A stretch of DNA of 64,000 nucleotides, from assembly GCF_009914755.1 (NCBI RefSeq), contig NC_060927.1; one strand, 5' to 3'. How positions within the stretch are numbered: the stretch's first letter is position 1; each line of letters begins with the position of its first letter. The notes beneath the pieces were generated by a model that had not been told where the DNA came from, ran no database searches, and saw only the letters and a list, made by a program, of their open reading frames with translations. This stretch comes from the human T2T-CHM13v2.0 reference genome, Homo sapiens. Both the position numbers and the translations under genes were made by a program. Shown piece by piece: positions 1 to 12,726 of the stretch.

Positions 1-432
1 GTTGCCGTGTTTGTGTAGTAGGAGGTAGACATGGGAGACTTTTCATTTTGTTCTGTACTAAGAAAAATTCTTCTGCCTTGGGATCCTGTTGATCTGTGAC
101 CTTACCCCCAACCCTGTGCTCTCTGAAACATGTGCTGTGTCCACTCAGGGTTAAATGGATTAAGGGCGGTGCAAGATGTGCTTTGTTAAACAGATGCTTG
201 AAGGCAGCATGCTCGTTGAGAGTCATCACCACTCCCTAATCTCAAGTACCCAGGGACACAAACACTGCGGAAGGCCGCAGGGTCCTCTGCCTAGGAAAAC
301 CAGAGACCTTTGTTCACTTGTTTATCTGCTGACCTTCCCTCCACTATTGTCCTGTGACCCTGCCAAATCCCCCTCTGTGAGAAACACCCAAGAATGATCA
401 ATAAAAAATAAATTAATTTAAAAAAAAAAAAA
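1..432 (+). mobile_element. SVA retrotransposon 3' end (SINE-R region and poly-A); element continues upstream of the window
   Basis: Canonical SINE-R text ending CCCTCTGTGAGAAACACCCAAGAATGATCAATAAA (AATAAA 400-405), A tail to 432. Confidence 0.95.
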
Positions 433-715
433 GATGAATGATGGTAATCCTTGCCTTGCCCTATAGGTAAGATAACGTCTGGCTTGGGGGCGGGGTGTTG
501 TGATTATGCCTCTGCAATCTGTCATCAGATGCACTCTCACACCCAAACTTTGATGTGATTTTGAACGCCCTGAATCTTCACCACCTGTATATAAACTGTG
601 AATGGGAATACTGCATTGCAGAAGCAACTCTGACAGCGCTGTTCCCAGCCTATAGGCCTCTGTCTATAGCCCTCAGCAAGATTTCTGAATAGAACTAACT
701 TTAATTCATTAAGGT

Positions 716-1021
<306 letters not shown>

Positions 1022-1599
1022 TTAAGAGGCTCAATTCTTTTTTCTTTAGTCAACATAGGCAAAGGAACACTTTGATGAGACGGGAGATACAGTGGGAGCC
1101 ATCAGCCTCACTTTCTTACTCTAGTCACCAAGTGGTGCTCATCCAAAGGGGAGGAAATGGGGGATGCGGCCACTCAGGTTGCACTGCTGAGGAGTGTTGG
1201 AGCTGGGATGCTGCCTGACTCAAGAGAGAGATGGAGCCACAGACACATGGAGGCAAACTGAAGAAAGACAGATAAAGGAGGCAGCTTTTCAGGAATGCGA
1301 CCCCGGGGTTGGGGAAGGTGGAGAAGAAGGGAGGGAAAACTTGAGGCCTTGCACTCAGCTTTGACAACAACCTCATTCAACCACTAGATGTCACCAAACA
1401 CAAAACCCGTTAGAAACGGAGAAATGAAGCCAAGGAATCTTGATCCCAAAGAATTCCTGGACTCAGCCCTGGAAAAGTCTTAAAGCTAAGGAATGTGGCA
1501 TGCAGATCACTCTAGGTAAAGCAGGACTGACTTTTATAACTGTCACCAAAGGAGACGCCACATCTCTGGTGTCCTGGCGCCTGCATCTCAAACACACAG

Positions 1600-1780
1600 C
1601 ATCTTAGTTAATTCTCAGAACATGCCCGGCAGGGCAGGACCACCACTATCCCCATTTCACAGGTGGGAGCACTGAGGGCCCAAGAGGTTGTTACCTCCTC
1701 AAGTCCACACAGCTAGGAAGGGGCTGAACTAGGATTGCAGCCAGGACTCTCTGACTTTCCACCTGGGCTCTTTCATCTAT
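1600..1780 (-). mobile_element. MIR SINE
   Basis: Reverse MIR core CCCCATTTCACAGGTGGGAGCACTGAGG...CACACAGCTAGGAAG. Confidence 0.75.
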
Positions 1781-2354
1781 ACCATGACATCTATCCCAGG
1801 GACATGACCCGCTACCACCATTACAGAAACACCACAGCCACAGGTTCCAAGGCAGACCAGGGCATTTCTTTAGTTCATTAAACTCCATTATTCTAATATA
1901 ATTACTCCTTGATTTTACAGCAGCAAATTATAATAGCCAGTAGTGGAGAACAGTAACCTGGATTGCCAGAAACAGCAGAAGGTTTTGGTTTGGGTTTGTT
2001 TTTTCACTTTTGACGTTTATTGTATAGGTTGCACTTCATTTGGGGGAGTCCGAGGGGGAGTGTTTTGTGTGGTTTTAAATCAACCTATTTAGCTTCTCAA
2101 TGTCATTGGGCATTGGATAAAGATCTGAGTGTATATGTTGTCTGATACAGAAAGTGAGTGAGAATGTAGGTAGAAAAAAGAAAAACAGCACATGAAGAGA
2201 TGTAGAAAGCTCAGCTAAGCTCAAACTCTCCCAGTGAAACACCAAAAGTACAGGGACAACAGTAGTTTGGAATGAAGCATTGCTCCTCATACAGCAGAAG
2301 AGAAACTGGAACATCCTAACATCAGCACCAAAGCAGTTTTCCATGTCCTCATTC

Positions 2355-2770
2355 CCTCATTCATGCATTCATTCAAATATTTACCAGGAGCCACAAACGT
2401 GACCAAAACATGCCCTTGCCTTTACAACTGCTCCCTGTGGTAGAGGAGACCTCTAAGCGAATAATCAGAATACAACACACTTAGTGTTATATCTGAGATA
2501 CACACAAGGTGCTACTGGACAGATAAAACAGGGAAGGAAAAAGAAGACGTTAAACATGGGTTTAAAAGATGAATAGAAGTTCAAGTACAGAAGGGCAGCC
2601 AGGCAACAGGAATGAGAAGTGCAAGAGCACAGCATGGAGCAAAAGGGCAGGAGAAGGTCACAGGATGGCAAAAGTTTTCATGCATGTGAGGGACTGGGAA
2701 ACTTGTAGGGTTTGGGAAGGTGGAGCAGGAAGAGGCAGGAAGGGTAGGCAGGGGCTAGATACAGAGCCAC
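2355..2770 (-). mobile_element. L2 LINE 3' fragment
   Basis: CATTCATTCAAATATTTA reverse L2 tail and L2-like purine-rich body. Confidence 0.55.
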
Positions 2771-2777
2771 AGGCCCC

Positions 2778-3053
2778 TGAGCACTTGCGATGTGCTGGTC
2801 TGAACTGAGATGTGCTGTGGGTGTAAAATACACACCGATTTTGAAGACTCAGTGGGAGCAAATAAAGTAAAATACCTCATTAATATTTTTACATTGTTTG
2901 GCTGTTGAAATGATAATATTTGGGTTATACTGAGCTAAATAAAATATATTATTAAAATTAACTTCACTCATTTGTTTTGACTTTGTTAGTGTGGCTGCTA
3001 GAAAATTTAAGATGACATATATGGCTTACAATCACCTCCACTGGGCAGTGCTG
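2778..3053 (+). mobile_element. MER33 (hAT-Charlie) DNA transposon
   Basis: TGAGATGTGCTGT..GTGTAAAATACACACCGATTTTGAAGACT...GTGGCTGCTAGAAAATTTAA matches the recalled MER33 consensus. Confidence 0.8.
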
Positions 3054-3944
3054 GGCTCATTCAAGCATGAGAACATCGGATTCCATCATAGGGGTCTTGG
3101 GGCTCATCTGGTAGCAACAGGGAGTCACCAGAAATTCCAGAGCAAAGGAGCAATTCAGTCCGCTGAAGGTTTAGGAACACCTTCAGTGGCTTCAGGTTGG
3201 TGGGGTAAAGCAGTGGTCGGGGAAGGCACTCTGGGGGACATTAAGCTTCCTAAGTCAGGAATGTTTAGGTCTGAATAAAGCAGAGAAGGAAAATGTGGGA
3301 GAGCTATTTAAGAGAAGAGAAAATAATTGACAAATCAAAATCAGATTATTACACTACAAAACCATCACAGGATTCAATTACAGTCCTTTGTGGGGAAATG
3401 CCTCCTCCTCCATCCCCCCCACGTCCCCAACTCCCACCAGATCACATAGTGTAACCTTCCTGGCTGATGTAACACACAAAGCTGAAAAGATAGTTTTCAG
3501 GACACAGGAAAAGCAAGTGGCAATGCTTAAGAGAAGAACTTACTCCTCTTTCCTTGTTAAGGATCCAGGAGGCAAACCTAACCCCGCTGGGCCCCAGACA
3601 GCAATTCCTAACAGTGTGCTCTTTTATACCTTCCTTCAAGGCTGCTGACAGGAAAGGCCGTTGCCAAGGAAACAGGCTGAGCCAGGAAGCTGACTGGAGC
3701 AAACACAGACAGTCTCACGGCCGCTCTGTGGACAGAGCGGACCAGTTGGTAAATATTTCACCAGGCACATACCAGAGACGCAAAGCAAACAGTATGTCAT
3801 CCCAGCGCTGGGCTGGAATCGTTCCACGAGGAAATGTTGAACTCAGAAGCTGTGCAGCTTCGTTCCCATGTTACAAAGGATGACCTCCCAATATGACAGG
3901 GCTTACAGTGGGGCATTGGGACACTTTGCTAGAGTGGGATTATA

Positions 3945-4210
3945 GCACTCTATATGTGCGAGTTCCACATCTGCGGATTCAACCAAATGAAAAATATTCT
4001 CCAAAAAATGTACAAATAATACGAATTGTAAAGTACATTAAATAAATAAAATATAAACTAACTACGTAGCATTTACATTGTATTAGGTATTATAAGTAAT
4101 CTAAAGTACATAGGTTACAGGCAAATATGCTATTTTACATAAAGGACTTGAGCAGGAGCAGTTTTTGGTATCCGCAATGGCCCTGGAACCAATCCCCTTT
4201 GACTGTACTG
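3945..4210. mobile_element. MER2 (TcMar-Tigger) fragment
   Basis: GTTCCACATCTGCGGATTCAACCAA; TAGCATTTACATTGTATTAGGTATTATAAGTAATCTA; CCTGGAACCAATCCCC. Confidence 0.8.
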
Positions 4211-4479
4211 AGCATCTCCCAGCACAGAGGCTATCAGTGCTGGTGGCAAAAGAGATGTCAAGGTACTCTGGAGAAAAGTAGAAAATCAGTGGGCAAGCTA
4301 CTTCTCCTTCATGGCAGCCTCAATTTTGCTTACCTTTAAAATGGGTATAATCTTTTAAAGATTATGTAATAGGATGAGCATTCAATGGAATAAAATAGTT
4401 TAATAAATAAGATAAATGTGTAGTCGCCTCAATAAATGTTAGTTTCACTTTCCGCTCCAGTGTGTAACATCTAGAATTA

Positions 4480-4790
4480 AAGATATTCTGTGTACAGTTT
4501 GAATGCCAACTATTTAGATACAACACTTCTATTAAGTAAGCCTAAGTCTGTCTTAGCTTCCTCAGTATATAACACTGAATACAACCACAGAGGGATTCTT
4601 TTTGCTTTGTATCTTTTACGTGAATGGCAGGTAAGTCACATCTCCTGGATTTTTTACTGATGTAATTGATGATCTGGGCTCAAGTCCTGAACATGCAAAC
4701 CATTCCAGTGAATTCCATTTTATTAGATTGAAGCCATAGCTCTAGCCTAGCAAGATCACTTGAAAGCTGTCCTCTGTCCTCAGGGAGCTT
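4480..4790 (-). mobile_element. CR1/L3 LINE RT-region remnant
   Basis: Reverse complement of ~4712-4757 reads DLARLELWLQSNKME, like the CR1 RT DLxRLExWAxxNxMxF motif. Confidence 0.5.
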
Positions 4791-4800
4791 CATGTCTGGG

Positions 4801-5382
4801 GCAGTGGTTTTTAAAACGTGGTCTCTTGACCTCAGAATTAACTGAGGTGATTGGTTAAAAAGGTGAGTTTTCAGTCTTCATCTTAGACCTATTGAATCAG
4901 AACATCTGGAGGCAGGTCCCAGAAACTTGCAATTTTAGCAAACTTTCCAGTTTACACTCATGCACAATAAAGTTTGAAAAATCAATTCTCTTCATTATTT
5001 CTGCATTTTAGAAATTGGTCCTTGGACCACCTGCATTTGATGCCTGTTGAAATGCAGGTTTCTGAACATCATCCACATGTAAGGAATCATAGTCTCTGGA
5101 CTCAAGAACCTGCCTGTGTAACAAACTCTCCAGTTGATTCTTACTCACACTAAAAGCTGAGAACCAATGGCCTAGTGAATCGTAAAGAAATACTCCTCAA
5201 ACTTGGCATTGGTGTGCATAGGAAGTGCCTGGAGAGCTTGTTAAAGCAGAGATCGCTGAGCCCACCTCCAGAAAATCTGACTCACTAGGTTTGGGGAGGG
5301 ATCCAAGAACTTATATTTCTAACAAGCTCCCAGCTGATGGAAATGCTGCTGATCCACAGATCACACTATGGGCAGTTGTGGT
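4801..5382. mobile_element. Three adjacent MER5A/B-like hAT elements (~4801-4985, ~4995-5170, ~5190-5382)
   Basis: Repeated MER5 motifs (GAATCAGAA..TCTGG, TTTAACAA.CT.TCCAG..GATTCT, AAGTTTGA.AA..A); third copy appears inverted. Confidence 0.7.
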
Positions 5383-5505
5383 GTTAAACTCATAATAGTC
5401 TATATAGTTTTAAAAATACACCCATATCTAAAGAATCTATACAAATCCTATTGAAACAAAAATGGCCATGCCTTATTGTAACCTGGGAAAGGTTTGTGTA
5501 TGCAT

Positions 5506-6840
5506 GTGGTAAAATACACATAACATAAAATTTACCATTTTAACCATTTTAAAGTAGACAATTCAGTGGGCATTTAATACATACACAATGCGGAGCCACC
5601 ATCACTACTGTCTAGTCCCAGAATTGTTTATCTCCCCAAAAGGAGACTCCATACTCATTCAGTAGCCACTCCCCATTCCTGCTTCCCCTCAGTCTCTGGC
5701 GACCACTAATCTGATTTTTCTCTCTATTAATTTGTCTTTTCTGGATATTCCACATAAATGAAATCATACAATATATGGCCTTTGGCATATGGCTTCTTTC
5801 ACTTAGCAAAATGTTTTCAAGGTTCATCCATGTTGTAGAATGAACCAGTGATTTATTCTAGATCACCTTTTGTTTATCCATTCATCAGCTGATAGATGTA
5901 GGTTATTTCCACCTCTTGACTACTGTTAATAGTGCTGCCATAAACAATAGTGTGCAAGTTTTTGTTTGAACATCTGTTATCAATTCTTGGGGGTATACGC
6001 TTAGGAGTGAAATCACTAGGTCACATAATAAGTTTGTGTTTAACTTATTGAGGAATTGTCAAATTGTTTTCCACAGCAGGCTATACCATTTTACATTTTA
6101 GTCAGCAATGTATTAGGGTTCCAATTTCTCCACATACTCACCATCACTTGTGATTTTCCTTTTTTTATTATGACCATCCCAGTGAGTGTGAAGTATCATC
6201 TCATTGCAGTTTTGATTTTTATTTCCTCAGTGACTAATAACATTGGGAATCTGTTCACACCCTTACCGGCCATTTGTGGATCTGCTACGGAGAAATATCT
6301 ATTCAGGAACTTTGACCATTTTTTAATTGGGTAATTTGTCTTTTTTGTTGTTGAGTTGTAAGTTAGTTATATATCCCTGATACTAACCCCTTATCAGATA
6401 TGTGATTTATACATATTTTATAAATATTTACATAATTTTAAATAATCTATTTAAAAGAAAATATTTTTAAATAATCTATTTAAAAGAAAATATTTTTAAA
6501 TAATCTATTTAAAAGAAAATATTTTTAAATAATCTATTTAAAAGAAAATATTTTTAAATAATCTATTTAAAAGAAAATATTTTTAAATAATCTATTTAAA
6601 AGAAAATATTTTAACTTCAAATAATCTATTTAAAATAAAATATTTTAACTTCAAATAATCTATTTAAAATAAAATATTTTAACTTTAAATCATCTATTTA
6701 AAATAAACTATTTTAACTTTAAATCATCTATTTAAAATAAAATATTTTACTTTAAATCATCTATTTAAAATAAAATACTTTAGATAGGTAAAATATTTGT
6801 AAATATTTTATCCCGTTGTCTTTTCACTGTCCTGATAGAC
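5506..6840 (-). mobile_element. L1M (L1MB-like) 3' region, interrupted by a VNTR
   Basis: GTGGTAAAATACACATAACATAAAATTTACCATTTTAACC; TGGCTTCTTTCACTTAGCA.AATGTTTTCAAGGTTCATCCATGTTGTAG; resumes ~6795. Confidence 0.85.
6441..6780. repeat. AT-rich minisatellite: five 29-bp units, then ~six 33-34-bp units
   Basis: AAT(A/C)ATCTATTTAAAA unit starts at 6441, 6470, 6499, 6528, 6557, 6586, 6620, 6654, 6688, 6722, 6755. Confidence 0.97.
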
Positions 6841-7493
6841 CATACCTTTTTGAAGATTAATTAAATTCCAAGGCAATGACAGTTCTACAAAAGTTCATAA
6901 CTGGCAAAGACTTGGAATCCGTGCTGTCAAAGTCTCTCAGAAAAAAAAAACTGAGGCCCAGAGAGCTACAGAGGCTGTTTCAGGGTCTCATGGGAACTCC
7001 CCAGCACTGGAAGGGCTTAGAGAACATTCAGTCCACTTCCCCAACACACAGTAAGCACATGCAAACACATACACACATATGATGCCATTTTATGTCTCGG
7101 ATATTAAAGGCACTTGAAATACACTCTTAGAAAGTTGCCTCTTTTTAGAAGTCAAGGTGTAATGCATCTGCAGAGGTTAATGCATTCAAAGTTAGACTTT
7201 CAGCACTAGACAGTATTCCATTAAAAATCTAATGTCAGAGCTTACAAAGAGAAAGCAAAATAGGTACTCAGGGTGGATCTGGAATTTCTTCGATATTGGA
7301 CATTTCCTTTAATTCAGAACCTATTTCTAAATTAGAGGTATACATTTATTACCTACTAGTGAAATGGGTTAATAACCACAAAGCAAGTGTCTCAAATGCA
7401 AACAATGACAAGGGCAAGGAAGTAACACCGAATGTCAAATCCAAAGGAGTGAAAGGTGATAGGCTTACAGTGTTTGTTTTACGATCAAGTGTA

Positions 7494-7871
7494 TGATGAG
7501 TTCATGTCCTTCGTAGGGATGTGGATGAAATTGGAAATCATCATTCTCAGTAAACTATCGCAAGAACAAAAAACCAAACACCGCATTTTCTCACTCATAG
7601 GTGGGAATTGAACAATGAGAACACATGGACACAGGAAGGGGAACATCACACCCTGGGGACTGTTGTGGGGTGGGGGGAGATGGGGGAGGGATAGCATTGG
7701 GAGATATACCTAATGCTAGATGACGAGTTAGTGGGTGCAGCGCACCAGCATGGCACATGTATACATATGTAACTAACCTGCACATTGTGCACATGTACCC
7801 TAAAACTTAAAGTATCATAATAATAAAAAATAATAATAATAAAAAAATTAAAGAAAAAATACAGAAAAAAA
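7494..7871 (+). mobile_element. 5'-truncated young L1 (L1PA2-like) 3' end with tail
   Basis: L1 3'UTR with GATGAC-GAG-TTAGTGGG (not Ta ACA or pre-Ta ACG); TSD AAGTGTA at 7487-7493 and 7872-7878. Confidence 0.92.
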
Positions 7872-9027
7872 AAGTGTAAATTCTGCTTTGCTATGTCGCC
7901 ACTTAAAACACTGAACAGACCAAACAAAAAGGCAAATGAAACACTTCCACGGGCTGTGACAGCCCTCATCCAAGCCACCAGTTTATGATTCTTATGTAAA
8001 GTGCCCCTCCTTCATTTTAAATTTAACTAAGTATCTCAGTTCACGACCCTTTCCAATCCAGAGAAGCAAAGATGAACAAAACAAAGTAAACATAATCAAG
8101 CACTGAACGAGTGTCTGTTATTTGCCTGGGCCTGGTCCATCTGCTAAACCCAAAGATTAGAAGTGGCAAAACAGTAGAATCAGGTATTGCCACAGCTGTG
8201 ATGCCTGACAGAATAGTATCAGCCTCACAGGAGCAACAATTAACTAAAAATTTTTTGTACATGTATACCCTATTTATTTCTCCGAAGAGCTTTGGGGGAT
8301 CCTACAATAAGGAGTATAATAAGATTAATAGGAATAGAAAATTCAGGAAAAGGAAAAAGTGAGAAAGGAAATATGAAGCATAATAATAGAGATGACTTAG
8401 AATCTATAAGTAGCATCAAATTTGACTATGAGCTTCCTAGCAGCCAGGGGGAAAAAAGGAGATACTATGTAATTATTAGTATTAGGACTATGATTCTTAA
8501 ATCCTTAAAAAAGAAAATATTTTAAAAATGGCAAATTCCCAAAGAACATTCTCAAATGGCTAAAATGACTCCTAATGATTTAAACATAAGGATTTGATAA
8601 GTTTTTCTGAAAACTGCCAGCCTACTATTAATGCTTTTCGCTAATGTTTTGCAGTAGGAAAGCCCCACGCCAACTCAGAAAGCTACATACATGCTGTAAC
8701 TAAGAGAAAATGACATATTAGGAGTTTAATGGGAAGGACTTGGAGGGCTCACACATTCAGCTGCACACATCCCTGGTAGGGCCATCATCAACATCAAAAT
8801 AGTCCATACTATACATCTCTGGGAGTGGAATAATTCCAGTGTTAGATAGCTTTCCAGGGAAAGAAAATGGATACAGCCCAAGTCCAAAAACCATTAACAA
8901 CTCCTTTTTTGGGGAGGAAGAACTGTATCTAGACATGGAAAAGATAAATCCCTGGGGAAAAAAAATCCAGTTATACGTCTCCTGTAAGATGATGTATCCT
9001 GAAGCAATAGACTCTTCTGTCACCAAG

Positions 9028-9391
9028 CGTATTAGTCTGTTCCCATGATGCTAATAAAGACATACCCAAGACTGGGTAATTTATAAAGAAAAGAGGTTTA
9101 ATTGACTCACAGTTCCACATGGCTGGGGAGGCCTCACAATCATGGTGGAAGGCAAGGGAGGAGCAAAGTCACATCTTACATGGTGGCAGACAAGGGAGCT
9201 TGTGTAGGGGAACTTCCCTTTATAAAACCATCAGATCTCATGAGACTTATTCACTATCATGAGAATAGCATGGGAAAGACCTGCCCCCATTATTCAATGA
9301 CCTCCCACTGAGTCCCTCCCATGACACGTGGGAATTATGGGAGCTACAGTTCAAGATGAGATTTGGGTGGGGACACAGACAAACCATATCA
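9028..9391 (-). mobile_element. THE1 (THE1B-like, MaLR) solo LTR
   Basis: GTATTAGTC...CAAACCATATCA termini; 5-bp TSD CCAAG at 9023-9027 and 9392-9396. Confidence 0.93.
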
Positions 9392-9949
9392 CCAAGGCTT
9401 GGTGAAGTAGCAAAGAAAGAGGCTTTCTTCAAGAGGAGATTGCTGACTGTCTTAGTTAACAAATCCAGCATACCCTGCGGTGCCAGGAAAAATGTCAAGC
9501 AAATGTATGTGAAGGTGAGAAATAGAAAGTGGAAGATTAGAAAAAAGGAGAAGTGATTGTGGTCAAACTAATTTCTCCATTCCATTCAATGTCTATAGAT
9601 ACCTATATGTTCTGAGATTAGAGTTATCAAGTCATAAGATGTAACAGATTAATCATTGTGTTCATTAAGAATTTTTTGTAGTAGGCAACCAGAAATTGAC
9701 TCAAGTTAAGCATAGAAAGAATTTGTTGAAAGGTATTGGAGTGACATATAATAGAATCAAAGGAAAACTAAAAGGAAAAGAAAGCCTCAAGAATCCAGAA
9801 ACCAGAGCATCTGTGAGCATCTACATAGCAAGAACTCCTGCCCAGTCACTTTAGGATATCCCTCAGCTCAAGAGTTAAATTCCAAGGAGGGAGAGCCTGA
9901 TTATTCCAGCTTGGGTCACAAGTCCATTCTCTGGCATTTCATCTTAACC

Positions 9950-10149
9950 AATGGTTATGAATCAGCAGTCATTTTGCTCCTTAGGAGACACTTGGCATTG
10001 TCTGAGGACATTGTTGGTTGTCACAACCAGGGGGCATCAGTGGATTTCACAACCAAGGATGCTGCTAAATATCCTACAGCTCACAAGGCATCCCCCTGCA
10101 ACAAAGAATCCACCCCAAATGTCAGTAGCGTCAAAGGTGGGAACCCCTG
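9950..10149 (+). mobile_element. MER20 hAT element
   Basis: GACACTTGGCATTGTCTGAGGACATTGTTGGTTGTCACAAC; GGATGCTGCTAAATATCCTACA; CCCCAAATGTCAGTAG. Confidence 0.85.
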
Positions 10150-10299
10150 ATCCTGACTGATGAGTCCAAAAGGAACACAAAAGAGGCATTTTCTCAATGG
10201 AAAACTGAGGTATGCAGTGGTCACATCTTCTGCCCACTCCACCCAGATTCCCTGGAATCCCTTTGACCATTTCTCTTCCCCTCCCACAGCTTTGTCTCT

Positions 10300-10653
10300 A
10301 CCAGTAACTAACACCAATGTTCTTCAAAGAATAGTCCTGGGCTGCTGGAGCCATTGGCAAGCTCAGAGAGCTGAGAATGCCTGGGTGTTTATACCCACAT
10401 GGGAGACCCATGGTGGGGGAACAGGAAAACTCAGCCCTTTTGCCTCAAGTCAGGTGTCATTCACACTCCGGAGCTCCCATAGGATGGGGCTGAGGCTGGG
10501 ACTGCTTAAATGGCACCCTTGCTCAGCATCTCCCTCGCCTCAGCCCTACTTCCTCACTGCCTTACCAGTTTCTTCCAGGAACACTCTCTTAATAACTCAT
10601 TTGTACCCAAATCCCCACTCAGGATGTGCTTTGGGGGAACCCGGCCTAAGATA
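10300..10653 (+). mobile_element. LTR16-family (ERVL) LTR
   Basis: 3' end CTCAGGATGTGCTTTGGGGGAACCCGGCCTAAGA. Confidence 0.6.
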
Positions 10654-11454
10654 AGGTGCTATTGCCAAAAAAAAAGTGGGAGGATTGCTGTATAGTCAAA
10701 AACAATAGCAAACCACTATAATCATATGAACTCTCCTGCCTGGGTTTCCTGTTCTCCCCTCACTATATAAAAAGGTGAAAGATAGAAGTCATGCTCTTAT
10801 TTAGATGCAGCGACCAGGAAATGCTCCAGCAATCTCGTATCCAGAATTAGACCTCCACAAGCCGAACCAGAGACATAAGGCTCCAAGACAGAATCAAACA
10901 AGTTGATGCTTTCTGATTATTAATAACAGGTTGACTCTTTCTAATCACTGATGACACAAACAGCAAAATCACTTCCAGCACTGAGCATCAGACTTCATCT
11001 CTGTGGATGGCTGGAGAGGCAGCCACCTCATCCAGGCAGGAAGAAAAGATTATTCATAGAGGAAGAATTATGATGCGTAGTCACAAAAATGAGATGGAGA
11101 ACGGCACAAGAGAACCCGAAGTATCAACCCCTGGGGAGTTGAATTGCTAGTTCCTTGTGAAAATTCAAGCAGCTGAAATGCAAGGTTTAGATGAATGCCT
11201 TATGAATGAAATATAAGAGATTACTAGTCTGCAGATAAGAAAATTAGACGTTTGCAAGCGGCACAGAAGAGCAAAGGAAGTAAGCAATCTTTACAGATCG
11301 GCAAACAAAGTCCTTCAAGTGGATTGAAATCAAACAAAGGATATTAAAAGACACCTAAAATAGGGGCAGAAAACTGACCTCAACTCTGTTGCCTGTCAGG
11401 TAATGCCATTAGGGGTTTTAAGTAAGATTGAGGATGCACTCTTCTAAGGCTATG

Positions 11455-11545
11455 GAACTGTCCAACACAGTAGCCACTGGCCCCAGTGAGATGTCTAAAT
11501 TTAAATTGTTTGAAATAAAACAAAATCCATAATTCAGTTGTTCTA
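11455..11545. mobile_element. MER3/MER33-like fragment
   Basis: CTGTCCAACACAGTAGCCACTGG...AAATTTAAATT. Confidence 0.5.
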
Positions 11546-11755
11546 TTCCCAGCTCAGTGACTTATTTCGGCCGGTCTTATCCATCTGTGGACCTCAAAAT
11601 CCCAACTGGTAAAGAAGGGGCTGACAGAAGGTCTGCAAGATCTCTTCCAGCTCGGGGGTGTTCTTGATTCTGTGGCCAGTCTTGGAAAACAGCTCAGAAG
11701 GAATCATCTTAAAATGATCAATAAAGCTTGCATACCTAAAAATTCAAAATGCGTG

Positions 11756-12131
11756 TGTCCCAGTAGACCAAGAACTCTACTTCCCAGATCCTCCTTCAGG
11801 AAAGGATTTGCTACCTCTAGCTCTTGGCTTTTTGGGCTCTGCCTCGGATGCAGAGAGCCATTCCACACAAGGTCATGGCCTCCTGGGAGCAGCCTATATC
11901 CAGTGACTGAACAAGGTGGGGGTATAAAGGCCTGGCCATTCTGTACCACAGGAGAAAGCTCTAACAGGCAGTACCAGTTCCTAAGCCCTCCACTGGGTTG
12001 AAGGTCTTTGTGGGGCATGCATAACAGTTCAGCTTCTCCTCTGCCCAGCCCTTCTTCTTCCCCACGCTTTCATTGGTGTTGATCACTAACAAACATTCAG
12101 GGTCTGCTTCCAGAAAACCCAATCTGTATCA
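11756..12131 (+). mobile_element. LTR16A-like (ERVL) LTR
   Basis: ATCCAGTGACTGAACAAGGTGGGGGTATAAAGGCCTGGCCATT; 3' GGGTCTGCTTCCAGAAAACCCAATCT. Confidence 0.7.
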
Positions 12132-12229
12132 GTGTGGTCAACGGGAGGTGGCTTGGCAAGGCTGAGCAAATAGAATAAAAGGATTCTGTGGAGAATTGAT
12201 GATATAACAACCATTAATAGCAATTGTAA

Positions 12230-12430
12230 TAGTGAACAATTATATGATACTAACAATATCCAGGCACTCTTCGTGTACTTTACACATGTTAACTCTAATG
12301 CTCATCCAACCCAATAAATTAAGTGCCATCATTATAAACAGGAAACCAAGGTACGCCGAGGCCAAACAATGGGCCTACAGTCCCACAGCTAGGATACAAC
12401 ACAGCAGGACCCAAATCCCGGCAGGCTGGC
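12230..12430 (-). mobile_element. MIR
   Basis: Reverse MIR: CCAGGCACT..., AGGAAACCAAGG, GTCCCACAGCTAG. Confidence 0.6.
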
Positions 12431-12726
12431 TCTGTGGTACTCCCTCTCCTTCTCAATGTGTCAGTGGCGACCCAGAGCTGTTCACAGTCTGACTGGAACC
12501 CAAAGGTCACTGCTGCCCCCACACCCTGAGGCTCTTTGCTCCACTCTGGTCTGGCTTTACAGAAGGGGAGGCGGAGACAGACCTGGAAGAAGGTCTCTAA
12601 TCATGTTCCACACTCTCAGGGCTGGAAGAAATTGCTCCAGTAGGCCCCATCCAGACCTCCACTTAGGTTTTTGTTCCTCTTCTCCCATCATCACAAAGCA
12701 TAAACAGAGAATGCCTGGCGTGTCAG

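Noticed and set aside
176-397. 73-aa ORF MCFVKQMLEGSML...
   Set aside because: Generic ORF of the SVA SINE-R region; repeat-derived.
6441-6780. 29-34-bp repeat array resembling a CRISPR array in unit size
   Set aside because: Head-to-tail units with no unique spacers, no cas genes, human L1 context.
10160-10654. 164-aa ORF
   Set aside because: Overlaps an LTR16-like repeat; no recognisable domain.
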